Source: a virus
Lineage: Duplodnaviria > Heunggongvirae > Uroviricota > Caudoviricetes
IMG/VR virus record: IMGVR_UViG_2571042390_000001
Length of the DNA: 64,000 nt
Reading direction: 5' to 3' (one strand)
The stretch's first letter is position 1; each line of letters opens with the position of its first letter. A program made the position numbers and the translations under genes. The notes under the pieces are model-generated. The model was not told the DNA's origin, ran no database searches, and saw only the letters and a program-made list of their open reading frames with translations. This document shows positions 54,753 to 63,791 of the stretch, piece after piece.

Positions 54753-54767
54753 TTTTCTAACATTTTA
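54750..54767. promoter_or_regulatory. Operator-like motif upstream of the second icd/ant module
   Basis: ttagttttctaacatttt. Confidence 0.5.
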
Positions 54768-55389
54768 AGTTGAATTGAAAAACTCTCCGATGTACATTCA
54801 CTACCGATTGGCACACCGGTCAACTTTTTGAGACAAACTGTTTAGTTTTTCGTATTATTGCCTCCGCCATACCTATGGCGGTGCAATATAGGTGGCTGAA
54901 AAGCCCCCGTTGACTCACGGTGTTCCAGCCTTTATTGCGCCGCCACCAGACCGTGGAACAGTCGATGGCGGCTCCGAAAGCAAGGAGTCACAACACTATG
55001 AACAACTACAGTCTTTTCCCATCACTCGTCTTCCACCACTCACGCGATAATCTGCATTCTTTGCTCGCGCCGGGGGTGTCAAAATGACTGTTCGCTACCT
55101 CAACTTTCAAATCAAGAACATTACTGGCGGTTGCTATGACTGGTTTGTCACTCTCGGAAAAGAAGTGATCACCGGGAAGCTGGATGAAGTGAAAGCTAAA
55201 GCAATGGCCTACGCCTGCAAGCAAGTCAGGAAGAAATCCGCCAAAGCATAAAATACTGACTGTTGCGCCCTGGCATTATCGTGGGGTATATTTCTACGGC
55301 ACCTTAGAAAAACGGGTGCCGGGATTGGAACCCCGGATAATGTCAAAGGCGACACAGACGCCGAACGCGTCTTTTTTTGTGTCATGCCA

Positions 55390-55560
55390 TCGCACAGCCA
55401 TACTTAGCGTTTAGCTCAGAGATCAATGGTAGTGCTGGCTGGGCTGCCGAAAGGCAGGCCGGTTCCCTTTGACGCCGGTAGTTCCAACCCAGTCAGTGCT
55501 ACCGCCATTGAGATTGGAACCTCACGCGGTAGCTCCTTAACTTAGTCAAAGGAGGCTGCC
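55390..55560 (+). ncRNA. Candidate c4-type antisense regulatory RNA locus; boundaries not defined
   Basis: ORF-free, hairpin-rich leader between operator and icd-like gene, where P1 places c4; no sequence match verified. Confidence 0.2.
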
Positions 55561-55563
55561 AAT

Positions 55564-55779
55564 ATGGCTACTATCCCTACCCCAACTCATTCTGAATTTA
55601 TCTGGCGTTTCTATTCCTGCCAAAAACACCTGTATATCTGCGTCATGGCTGCTACCGAAGCAGAGGCGCGCTCATACCTTCCCGAAGAACCCTGCATTTT
55701 TGCTGCTCGCTTCACTCTTGATGCGATGGAGATCCTCAATTACTGGAATCTGCCGATGAACTGCGTGGAGGTGCACTGA
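55564..55779 (+). CDS. icd: Icd-like small protein (copy 2)
   Basis: 71 aa; EFIWRFYSCQKH ... AATEAEARSYLPEE; strong RBS aaggagg. Confidence 0.6.
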   Translation: MATIPTPTHSEFIWRFYSCQKHLYICVMAATEAEARSYLPEEPCIFAARFTLDAMEILNYWNLPMNCVEVH

Positions 55780-56720
55780 TGAATCTGTCCATCTCTCAAA
55801 AAGCGACAATGACCAGTATTGAGATCGCGGAACTGGTGGGAAGTCGTCACTCTGATGTTAAACGCAGCATCGAAAGACTTGTTGCTAAAGGAGTTATCCA
55901 ACATACGCCATTGGCTACAGTTGAGAATAATCAATCACTTAGCCCTAATAAATACACAAAAGCCTATTTCTTCGAAGGCGAACAAGGCAAGCGCGATAGT
56001 ATTGTCGTCGTCGCGCAGCTCTCTCCCGAATTTACCGCCCGGCTGGTGGACCGCTGGCGCGAACTGGAGAATGCCCGGGTACAGTTAAAATCAAAAGCCG
56101 AAATCCTGGCTGAAATGGCGCAAATGCATCTTGAGCATGAACGCCGGATCAACGCCGTAAATGCCCAGGTAGCCGAGGTATCGGCACAAGTGTCCAGGGT
56201 CGCTGAAACCGTTGAGCAAATCAAGAAAGGCAATATGCCGGAAGGCTACATTGGCTACCGCCAGCTGGCGGCGAAATGTGGCCTGACTGAAGCCAAATGC
56301 CGTAACCTTGTCAACGCTTACCGGATTCCCACCGATACACATGAGTTTTTGACCCCCGATGGCTTGCTTGCGCGACGCTCCATTGTGGCCCTTGCCCCCT
56401 TCCGGAAAGCCTTTAAGCAGGTGATGTCGGAGGCAGAACCACGCAATAAACGCTGGTATCATCCAAAGATGGGGATGTTTCAGGCAATCCACCATCCTGT
56501 GCCTGAAAGCCCAAAGGATAATCTGTCACTACATACCGCCAGAGAGAAGATCAGGACTGGATACGCAACAGTGTGTCGTCGTTCTTCCTGGCCTGAAGGT
56601 ATATGGGTGTGGCCCGAAGGTGGATCACGAAAGCACTGGCGCACCATCCGTGACGGGAAAATCCATGCTATTGATTTAGCTCCAGAGGATGTTATTGCTA
56701 TGGACTGGATTGTTAGTTAA
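55779..56720 (+). CDS. ant: Antirepressor-like protein fused to a C-terminal DUF2829-like domain (copy 2)
   Basis: 313 aa; N-terminus MTSIEIAELVGSRHSDVKRSIERLVA; C-terminal extension VCRRSSWPEGIWVWPEG ... DVIAMDWIVS. Confidence 0.75.
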   Translation: MNLSISQKATMTSIEIAELVGSRHSDVKRSIERLVAKGVIQHTPLATVENNQSLSPNKYTKAYFFEGEQGKRDSIVVVAQLSPEFTARLVDRWRELENARVQLKSKAEILAEMAQMHLEHERRINAVNAQVAEVSAQVSRVAETVEQIKKGNMPEGYIGYRQLAAKCGLTEAKCRNLVNAYRIPTDTHEFLTPDGLLARRSIVALAPFRKAFKQVMSEAEPRNKRWYHPKMGMFQAIHHPVPESPKDNLSLHTAREKIRTGYATVCRRSSWPEGIWVWPEGGSRKHWRTIRDGKIHAIDLAPEDVIAMDWIVS

Positions 56721-56727
56721 ATGCTGC

Positions 56728-56750
56728 ATCCCCGGCGACGCCGGGGATTT
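56728..56750 (+). terminator. Intrinsic terminator
   Basis: tccccgg-cgacg-ccgggga followed by TTT. Confidence 0.6.
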
Positions 56751-56779
56751 AACTGCCAAATAATCGGATTATCCGCACG

Positions 56780-57091
56780 ATGAAAAAAATAGATTTCACT
56801 TATTCTGCCGCCACACTTGAGCGGCGCTTCACCCTCATTAGAGAGTTGGAACTGTCAAAAGTCTGGTATCAAATCCTACTGGATGAAGAGTTTTCACTGA
56901 TGGTTATAGCAGAAAAATTGGCTATGCCTAATGACCGGCACAAGGTCATAGCCAGCCTCGATCTGGTGACAAACAGATACTGGGAAACAGAGGAACTACA
57001 TGAGGCGGGAGTAATTCGTGACCTGATGGAGAATTCCGTTCCCCGCCGCTATCGTGCAGGGAACGGCATCTCCGTGGTTAAAGGTGTTTAA
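56780..57091 (+). CDS. Hypothetical protein
   Basis: 103 aa. Confidence 0.45.
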   Translation: MKKIDFTYSAATLERRFTLIRELELSKVWYQILLDEEFSLMVIAEKLAMPNDRHKVIASLDLVTNRYWETEELHEAGVIRDLMENSVPRRYRAGNGISVVKGV

Positions 57092-57480
57092 AGCTCACCT
57101 GCGCGCTGTTTTTCAAGCACAGATTTAACATTTGGCGCTTTCCCTTTAAAAGAATGGAAAGTGCCACATTTTTCTGTTTTAACCTCGCGCAGAGCTTCGC
57201 CATCGGCGTTCTGCCATTGATGGGATAATGTCATATCACCGCGAGAAGGAACATCCAGCGAGTACAGCGTGTAAGTTCCCCCCATCTCCGCATACTCCTG
57301 GAACACATAGCTCATTACGTCAGATTCAGTTTTTCGGTGTGCGTTATCAACCTTATTCCCATTCAGAAATATGGCATCTGGATAGATTTTTATATCAAAC
57401 CTACCGCACTTAACTTGTAAATTTCCGGCGCTCGCGATCAAAGGGAAAGACGCCAGTAAAGCAATAGCCAATCTTTTCAA
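57088..57480 (-). CDS. Secreted protein
   Basis: 130 aa; signal peptide MKRLAIALLASFPLIASA. Confidence 0.55.
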   Translation of the reverse strand: MKRLAIALLASFPLIASAGNLQVKCGRFDIKIYPDAIFLNGNKVDNAHRKTESDVMSYVFQEYAEMGGTYTLYSLDVPSRGDMTLSHQWQNADGEALREVKTEKCGTFHSFKGKAPNVKSVLEKQRAGEL

Positions 57481-57500
57481 TTCTGCCTCCGCTGCGTAAC

Positions 57501-58124
57501 TTATTGCCCGTATTTTTTACACCATTGCTCTGCCATTTGTTTGGCTAAAGGCCCGGCTACTGCACTGTATTCTGCTGTTTTACTTTGCACACATGAAGCA
57601 GATGGTTTTTTATTTCGCTGCTCGGTTAGTTTGCGCTCATAAGCCATCATGCTATCGAACCCGGCAATATCACTTTGGCGAAGCATTCCCTTTTTAACCA
57701 AAAATTGCTGCCCCTCGGGCACCAGCGCAAGCATAAAAAGTGGTTGTAATAACTCACCTAATCCTTGCTGGCGATACACTTCGAATTGCTGCCATCCCTG
57801 ACTTAATCTGGAAAGAGTATCTTTGGTTGAATAACCTGTTTTTGTTATAGCTTTGTCCGTCAGATATGCTGTATATGCAAAAACGCAAAAGTCAGTTTTA
57901 CCAATAAACTGAGTTCCAACAGGCCGTAATGGAATGCCCTCTCTCTTGCAAAAGTCCATAATTGCCGCTTGTGAATGATCCCCACCAGCGTTATTCATAA
58001 CCTGCTGCCCTGCCCTGAATTGTGCAGGTAACGCAGTTGCATTGGCTGTATTAACAGATACGCATCCCAACATAGCCGCGAGCGCGGTCCCTAAAACCCT
58101 TAACTTCACTACACCGTCCTTCAT
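57501..58124 (-). CDS. Secreted protein or lipoprotein
   Basis: 207 aa; N-terminal hydrophobic segment with possible lipobox (AAMLGC). Confidence 0.5.
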   Translation of the reverse strand: MKDGVVKLRVLGTALAAMLGCVSVNTANATALPAQFRAGQQVMNNAGGDHSQAAIMDFCKREGIPLRPVGTQFIGKTDFCVFAYTAYLTDKAITKTGYSTKDTLSRLSQGWQQFEVYRQQGLGELLQPLFMLALVPEGQQFLVKKGMLRQSDIAGFDSMMAYERKLTEQRNKKPSASCVQSKTAEYSAVAGPLAKQMAEQWCKKYGQ

Positions 58125-58392
58125 GTAAACAAAATGAAGTTTTATGTTACAAAAACAATCAACTACATCAACATGATTTAGGCCAAATTTCGGTCAAAAA
58201 ATAAAATCCACAAAAAGTGGTTGACACTATTTTGGAAATCACAAACTGCACATAATCCATCGCGCTAACGGCTCCCGTTGAAGGTTCTTTTGACGATTAA
58301 CTTTCAGCCGAAGCGCGGTAGGGAGTCATAACGCCAAAGCAGGCCGCCATGTGCGGCCTTTTTTTGTATCCGTCATCCGTGGAGGAAGGACA

Positions 58393-59046
58393 ATGGAGAA
58401 GATAGCAATATTCAGCCTGACCACCAGCAAACCGCAAATGCTCACTGCAATACTGAAAGACGGTGCTCTCGTGATTAACGAAGTAAAACCCCTTCCCGCG
58501 TCAGCATTGGAACAAAAGCAAAAGATTCCTCCAGCTATAGCAGCCCTGCGGAAAAGCAAATTTAAGGTGCTGGTAGACGAAATTACGCCAACGATCTCCG
58601 CTGGCACCGGAGCAAGCCAGGTAACACTCAAGACACGTCATGCCGACGGCAGAGCTGCGATCATCGTAGGGATGGAAAGATACAGAGAGCTAAAACTCCA
58701 GAAGCTATTATCCCTGCCGCAAAACAATAAAGGTGCTTTCGAAATTCCCGACTCCATCGTTGACACCGAATACAACGGTAACGGAGAAGAAGTTTACCGG
58801 GTGAACTGGCAGGATATTAGGCCGGAACATATTTTGATGATCCTGTGTTGCTACGCGACCGTATACCACAATGTTGCCAGTGCGGATTACGTAGAGCAGA
58901 TGACCGGTACAGTCGAGAAAGAGCAAAAAACAGGCATACTCGCTTCGTTCCTGTCCATTATTGGGCATGAAAAAGTTAAAGCAGGCACCTCCCAGCCAAA
59001 GTCGCTGACTGGGAAAGAAGTTGATGAAGATACCGTGATACTTTGA
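58393..59046 (+). CDS. Hypothetical protein
   Basis: 218 aa from ATG 58393 after RBS ggaggaagg. Confidence 0.55.
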   Translation: MEKIAIFSLTTSKPQMLTAILKDGALVINEVKPLPASALEQKQKIPPAIAALRKSKFKVLVDEITPTISAGTGASQVTLKTRHADGRAAIIVGMERYRELKLQKLLSLPQNNKGAFEIPDSIVDTEYNGNGEEVYRVNWQDIRPEHILMILCCYATVYHNVASADYVEQMTGTVEKEQKTGILASFLSIIGHEKVKAGTSQPKSLTGKEVDEDTVIL

Positions 59047-59319
59047 TCACATTAGTAGCTTTGTTAACTCCCTCAATACCAGGTAGAAGAGTAACAAAAA
59101 CACTGACGTGGATACCTGCTGAGTTAAAGAAGCACTAATAAATTTATTCAATAAATCAATCAGCTTATTAAAAATATTCATCTTTTCGAATCCATTCGAT
59201 CGGTAAATAACACCCAGCTCACTATCGAGCTGGTCCACGCCTTAAGATTAATGAAAGTCACTTGTTGACAGTCAATAAATTCCAGGGTGGCGAAAAAACT
59301 CTGTCTATACGGATAGTGC

Positions 59320-59664
59320 TTGCATTTTACTCTTTCTGTGTGTAGCGTATATACACAGGTTGCACGCACGAATGGAATTATTTTGATTAAGTCATTTCGC
59401 CATAAAGGGCTTGAACGCTTTTTCAAGACAGGTTCAACCGCAGGCATTCAGGCCAAACATGCGGTTAAGCTACGCATTCAATTGACTGCGCTTAATACAG
59501 CTAAACGCCCGGACGATATGTCTGCGCCTGGATGGGAATTGCACCCTCTAAAGGGGGCGGACCTTAAAGGTCACTGGGCAATATCGGTAAACGGTAACTG
59601 GCGACTTACCTTCCGATTTGAAGGAGAAGACGCAATTCTAGTTGACTATCAGGATTATCATTGA
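59320..59664 (+). CDS. higB: HigB-type toxin (RelE/ParE superfamily); true start probably downstream of 59320
   Basis: C-terminal 92 aa [13 protein letters not shown] ... [40 protein letters not shown] matches the plasmid-maintenance-killer family. Confidence 0.7.
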   Translation: MHFTLSVCSVYTQVARTNGIILIKSFRHKGLERFFKTGSTAGIQAKHAVKLRIQLTALNTAKRPDDMSAPGWELHPLKGADLKGHWAISVNGNWRLTFRFEGEDAILVDYQDYH

Positions 59665-59954
59665 GGAACACTATGAGTCGCATGCATAATCCCGCGCATC
59701 CAGGCGCGGTTCTTCGTGAATATTTGGGAGACATGTCAGTCACAGACGCCGCTGCGGCATTAGGCATTACTCGCACGGCGCTTTCCCGAATTCTGAATGA
59801 AAAAGCAGGTATATCTGCTGATATGGCACTTCGTCTGGAGTCCGCTCTTGGAACCAGTGCCGAAATGTGGACCGGTATGCAATCCCAGTATGAGCTTTGG
59901 GTTGCTTCGCAAACCACTCGCCCAAACATCCGTCCATTATTTTTCCACGCATAA
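59661..59954 (+). CDS. higA: HigA-type HTH antitoxin
   Basis: 97 aa; HTH region [31 protein letters not shown]; overlaps toxin stop. Confidence 0.75.
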   Translation: MRNTMSRMHNPAHPGAVLREYLGDMSVTDAAAALGITRTALSRILNEKAGISADMALRLESALGTSAEMWTGMQSQYELWVASQTTRPNIRPLFFHA

Positions 59955-60046
59955 TTTCACAGCGTCACCAGGCCTGGTGACGCTGCTTTCTCGCATTTCA
60001 CACCCTGCATACAGTTTCCCCCAGGTTATGACTGAGGGGCTTTGTT

Positions 60047-60376
60047 ATGGGCTATAGCAGACTCGACGATAGGTACATTGAAGACGATATTTTTCGTGCG
60101 CTGTTTCACCAGGAAATGATTAAGCGGGTATCGGAGTATCACTCTGATAATTTCCAGTACACGATAAAGATTGATGAAGTATATCGTTCAGACCTTGCAG
60201 CCTACAGGGCGTATGGCAATGCAGATTTGCGCTGGGTATTCCGGGTGCTGGTGGGCCATGAGTCAGAAATGGAAGAAATGCCCGCAGGGACCACGTTAAC
60301 TCTTCCTGATGTGGCATGGCTGAGGAACAAGATCCGTGATTACGCAAGCGCGGAACCGGAGATAGAAAATGCCTGA
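60047..60376 (+). CDS. Hypothetical protein
   Basis: 109 aa; overlaps start of next gene. Confidence 0.45.
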   Translation: MGYSRLDDRYIEDDIFRALFHQEMIKRVSEYHSDNFQYTIKIDEVYRSDLAAYRAYGNADLRWVFRVLVGHESEMEEMPAGTTLTLPDVAWLRNKIRDYASAEPEIENA

Positions 60377-61562
60377 TTTCCTGAAAAACCAGGACGGGCG
60401 CTATATCACTGACGGTCTGTCCTCTAAGGACTTCACGCGTATATTCGAGCTTATCAGGAAAGAACAAACCCGTAAGCGCCGACAAGCTCACCGGACGCTG
60501 ACGCCAGGTAGACTGAGGAACAAATCCGCCGAAGATATTCTCAAGTTAGGGAAGAAAAAAGGCGGCACGTTCTTCACGCGAGACGACCTGAAAGGTTTCG
60601 AAAAGCTACGGAGTAAAACACGCGAAAAATATGACAGCAAGACGGCTGGCATCACATACGCCCAGCTGGTGGCATCCAGCCAGGCAATCGATATTAAGCG
60701 TGCAAATAACGCCGTGGATGACGGATCTGGTATCAAAAGAGCTACCCCCGTATCTCTTCGCCACAACGTGATTAATATCCGCGTAGAAGCATCGGATATA
60801 TCCGTCCACCAGCACCATATCGTCCGGATACGCTTTGAAGAATGGGATCAGATGGTCGATGACATCGCAGAAGACGATAAATCAGCTCTCAAAATCACTA
60901 AATCACTGTGCGCCGGGCGAGTGTCTTTCGATTGTGACTGTGGTCGTCATCAATACTGGTATCGTTACATCGCTACTGCGGGTAACTTTGCCCTGGCCCC
61001 GCCAAAAGAATACGCCTATCCAAAAGTTCGTAACCCTAAGCTACAAGGCGTCGCCTGTAAACACGTGATCCACTCAATGACGCGGTTACAGTCCGCAAGT
61101 TGGCAAATGAGTATTGCTCGTGCACTACAAAAGGCTGCAACGCAAATTGCATTTGGTGACGATCGCCGCCGTACAACCAAACACTTCTCAAAAGAAGACG
61201 AGAAGGAGTTTAATCGCAATCGTAGCAGTAAAACGAACGTTGACGCTGCCAAGCGAGAATGGAGACTCTATCAGAAGCGCCAGGCCGCTTTAAGCACAAA
61301 ACTGGCAAAGGACAACGGCAAGATTGACAAGCTACGTGACCAACTGACCAAGGCCAGAAAGTTGTCAGACGCACAGAAAAAACGGGCGGCAGCAAAAGAA
61401 GCGGCGTTGCAACGTGAGAAACAGAAAAACAAGGAGCTTCAGCAACGCCTGGCCGATCAGTTCGCACTGAAGAAGCAGGCGTTTATTGATGCGCTTGTCA
61501 TGGCAGGAACGCCACAAGAACATGCTGAAAAAATGTTTATGGCGTATGTAAAAAAAGCATAA
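60369..61562 (+). CDS. Hypothetical protein with SWIM-type zinc-finger-like motif and basic coiled-coil tail
   Basis: 397 aa; CxC...CxH pattern (FDCDCGRH ... GVACKHVIH); Lys/Arg-rich C-terminal coiled coil. Confidence 0.5.
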   Translation: MPDFLKNQDGRYITDGLSSKDFTRIFELIRKEQTRKRRQAHRTLTPGRLRNKSAEDILKLGKKKGGTFFTRDDLKGFEKLRSKTREKYDSKTAGITYAQLVASSQAIDIKRANNAVDDGSGIKRATPVSLRHNVINIRVEASDISVHQHHIVRIRFEEWDQMVDDIAEDDKSALKITKSLCAGRVSFDCDCGRHQYWYRYIATAGNFALAPPKEYAYPKVRNPKLQGVACKHVIHSMTRLQSASWQMSIARALQKAATQIAFGDDRRRTTKHFSKEDEKEFNRNRSSKTNVDAAKREWRLYQKRQAALSTKLAKDNGKIDKLRDQLTKARKLSDAQKKRAAAKEAALQREKQKNKELQQRLADQFALKKQAFIDALVMAGTPQEHAEKMFMAYVKKA

Positions 61563-61573
61563 ACCACACATAT

Positions 61574-61606
61574 AGCCTGGTGGTCTATGCCAGGCTTTCA
61601 CTTTTC
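61574..61606. terminator. Hairpin between convergent genes
   Basis: agcctgg-tggtctatg-ccaggct followed by T-rich tract. Confidence 0.5.
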
Positions 61607-62389
61607 TGATAAATCAGTTTGCATTTCAGAATACAATCGAGAAATATCAGAGAACAATTCATTAAAATCAGTACTATAGAATGATGTTTTCTTTATTGCT
61701 GCAATAAAATCATATAAATCCTGCGGAGTTTCAATTTTACATTTCCTATTCTCATACAGAGTAGGCAAAATGTGAATATTTTTATATGTAAGCGTTATGG
61801 CATCATCAAACCTTTCTTTCATTTTATCATATTTTTCTTTTTCATCTTCTATTTTGTTTAAAATGTCTTCCAGTTCTTTTTTTCTTTCATCCAGCTTTTG
61901 TTGGCTATAGCTAGCCTCTATTTCACGCTCAGCTCTTTTCTTGGCTCTTTTTGCTAATTTCTCTTTCTCGTTTTCGTCTGTTTTATTGTCCAAAATTTTT
62001 ATTTTATAGTACACCTTAGTTGTAATGCAAGATACCGCAAGTGTAATTACTGGTGCCACAATCGACGCAATCACACCATAGAAAAACGGCAAGAAAAAGT
62101 GGGCAAACCAAGGAGGTAAAATCTCGCCATCAAGAAATTGTATTTTTTCACCGGTAAAAACTATTGACAGAGTATATAGAACATCTTCTTTTGATTTGAA
62201 CAAAATTAATATATCTCTCCAGTTAACAACCAGAAAAGATATAAAAATATATGCAAAAAGCTTATTAAATACTTTATCTTTTATAACATATTCCATTGTA
62301 TTCTTGACGGAATCAACAACGGACTCATTTTCTTTATCTGATTCAGATGTCTTCTTTACTGATGAATCTGTACTCATATATGCTACCAA
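61598..62389 (-). CDS. AT-rich membrane protein with C-terminal charged coiled coil
   Basis: 263 aa; hydrophobic segments (FAYIFISFLVVNW, VIASIVAPVITLAVSCI) then KEKLAKRAKKRAEREIE-type coiled coil; much lower GC than surroundings. Confidence 0.55.
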   Translation of the reverse strand: MVAYMSTDSSVKKTSESDKENESVVDSVKNTMEYVIKDKVFNKLFAYIFISFLVVNWRDILILFKSKEDVLYTLSIVFTGEKIQFLDGEILPPWFAHFFLPFFYGVIASIVAPVITLAVSCITTKVYYKIKILDNKTDENEKEKLAKRAKKRAEREIEASYSQQKLDERKKELEDILNKIEDEKEKYDKMKERFDDAITLTYKNIHILPTLYENRKCKIETPQDLYDFIAAIKKTSFYSTDFNELFSDISRLYSEMQTDLSEK

Positions 62390-62440
62390 ATTTCTAGTAT
62401 CTATTTTTTATAAAAACAGCGGTCATCCAGACCGCAAAAC

Positions 62441-62800
62441 TCAAACGCCAACCAGGCTTTCCAGTGGAATACCAAACTGGGCATGTAAACGACGAATCAT
62501 AGGTAACGTCAAATTTCGTGTCCCATTAAGCACTTCGTAAACACGGTTTGACTTACCAATTGCCGGTTCCAGATCCTTCACGGTCAGTCCTTGCAGTTCC
62601 ATACGGAATTTAATGGCCTCAATAGGTGATGGTGGCTCAATTGGGTAATGTTTTTTCTCGTACTCCTCAATGAGAAGACACATAACCTCAAAGAAATCAC
62701 CTTCCGGAGTATTCATTTCCGGTTCGTTATCGAACATCGGTTCGACCGCACGCAGTGCGGCCTCATAATCTTGTTCTGTACGGATAGGTTTAATGTTCAT
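62441..62800 (-). CDS. HigA-like HTH protein
   Basis: 119 aa; C-terminal HTH GLTVKDLEPAIGKSNRVYEVLNGTRNLTLPMIRRLHAQFGI; upstream of the membrane protein gene in the same orientation. Confidence 0.6.
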   Translation of the reverse strand: MNIKPIRTEQDYEAALRAVEPMFDNEPEMNTPEGDFFEVMCLLIEEYEKKHYPIEPPSPIEAIKFRMELQGLTVKDLEPAIGKSNRVYEVLNGTRNLTLPMIRRLHAQFGIPLESLVGV

Positions 62801-62814
62801 TAATTACAAAGGAA

Positions 62815-62841
62815 AGCCCACTTGCTAAGTGGGCTTTTTGT
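62815..62841. terminator. Hairpin separating the two minus-strand units
   Basis: agcccac-ttgctaa-gtgggct followed by TTTTT on the plus strand. Confidence 0.45.
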
Positions 62842-62856
62842 ATGTGTTTTACTATA

Positions 62857-63195
62857 TCAGGCTGCTTTTTTATTCAGGTTCCGCTGAGAAATAAATTTTT
62901 CAGCAGTATTGATACGACTTAACTCTTCCTGAACGCGCATATCATTTTCGACTTCCCACAGATCTACTGCGGTCTGAAGATTAATCCAAAAATCTACAGA
63001 AGTATCGAATGCTTTTGCCAGGCGATATGCCATATCCATCGTTAGCTTACGATTATTATTAACAAGAGCACTTACGGTGTTACGATGAACATGAAGTATT
63101 TCTGCTAACTCGTTGATCTTCAGCTCTAACGGCTCCAGGTATTCGTACAGCAGGATATCACCTACGGTCGTCGGTTTTCTGGTTGCCTGTTTCAT
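62857..63195 (-). CDS. higA: HigA-type HTH antitoxin
   Basis: 112 aa; HTH ELAEILHVHRNTVSALVNNNRKLTMDMAYRL. Confidence 0.75.
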   Translation of the reverse strand: MKQATRKPTTVGDILLYEYLEPLELKINELAEILHVHRNTVSALVNNNRKLTMDMAYRLAKAFDTSVDFWINLQTAVDLWEVENDMRVQEELSRINTAEKFISQRNLNKKAA

Positions 63196-63265
63196 TTTTT
63201 GCCCTTACTAGCGTGCGTATTAAGTGGACTCTGGTCAGAACCCGGTCCGTAACCGGGTATCTGTT

Positions 63266-63568
63266 TTAGTATTTGTGAGGGTCGAGATACAAGTCCTCGG
63301 CCTTTCCGTTAACCCACTTAAAAATTAACCTATATTGCTTATTCACCCTTACTGATGAATAGCCATTTAGCTTCCCTGACAGTTCCTCATACCGATTACC
63401 TGGTGGTGATCTTAAATCCTTACAGGTAGTTGCGGCATTGATAATGTCCAACTTCCGTGACAATGTCATATGAATATCAGGAGGTATCTTTCTATGTGGT
63501 GTTGAAAATTCAAAAAAATCATCAAGCCACGCATCCCTGAAATCCTTTATGTTAATTTTTTTGGTCAT
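63266..63568 (-). CDS. higB: HigB/RelE-type toxin
   Basis: 100 aa; sits immediately upstream of the HTH antitoxin in toxin-first order. Confidence 0.65.
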   Translation of the reverse strand: MTKKINIKDFRDAWLDDFFEFSTPHRKIPPDIHMTLSRKLDIINAATTCKDLRSPPGNRYEELSGKLNGYSSVRVNKQYRLIFKWVNGKAEDLYLDPHKY

Positions 63569-63791
63569 TAGTCATTTGATCCTCCGTGATGATTACCGAA
63601 TGCCATAACTATAGCGCACCGTTGCACTGTGCGCAAGTGCATTTTATGAATTCCCCCTCCTTCATCCAAAATCACAATCTCCCGAAAATCTTCCTTTCGA
63701 TACCTGACAGATCGACCTTTGAGGATGCTTATGGGCCGTTTTGACGAATGGTTTGCTGACGATGCAAACCTGGCAAGTAAGGAGTCAGAAC

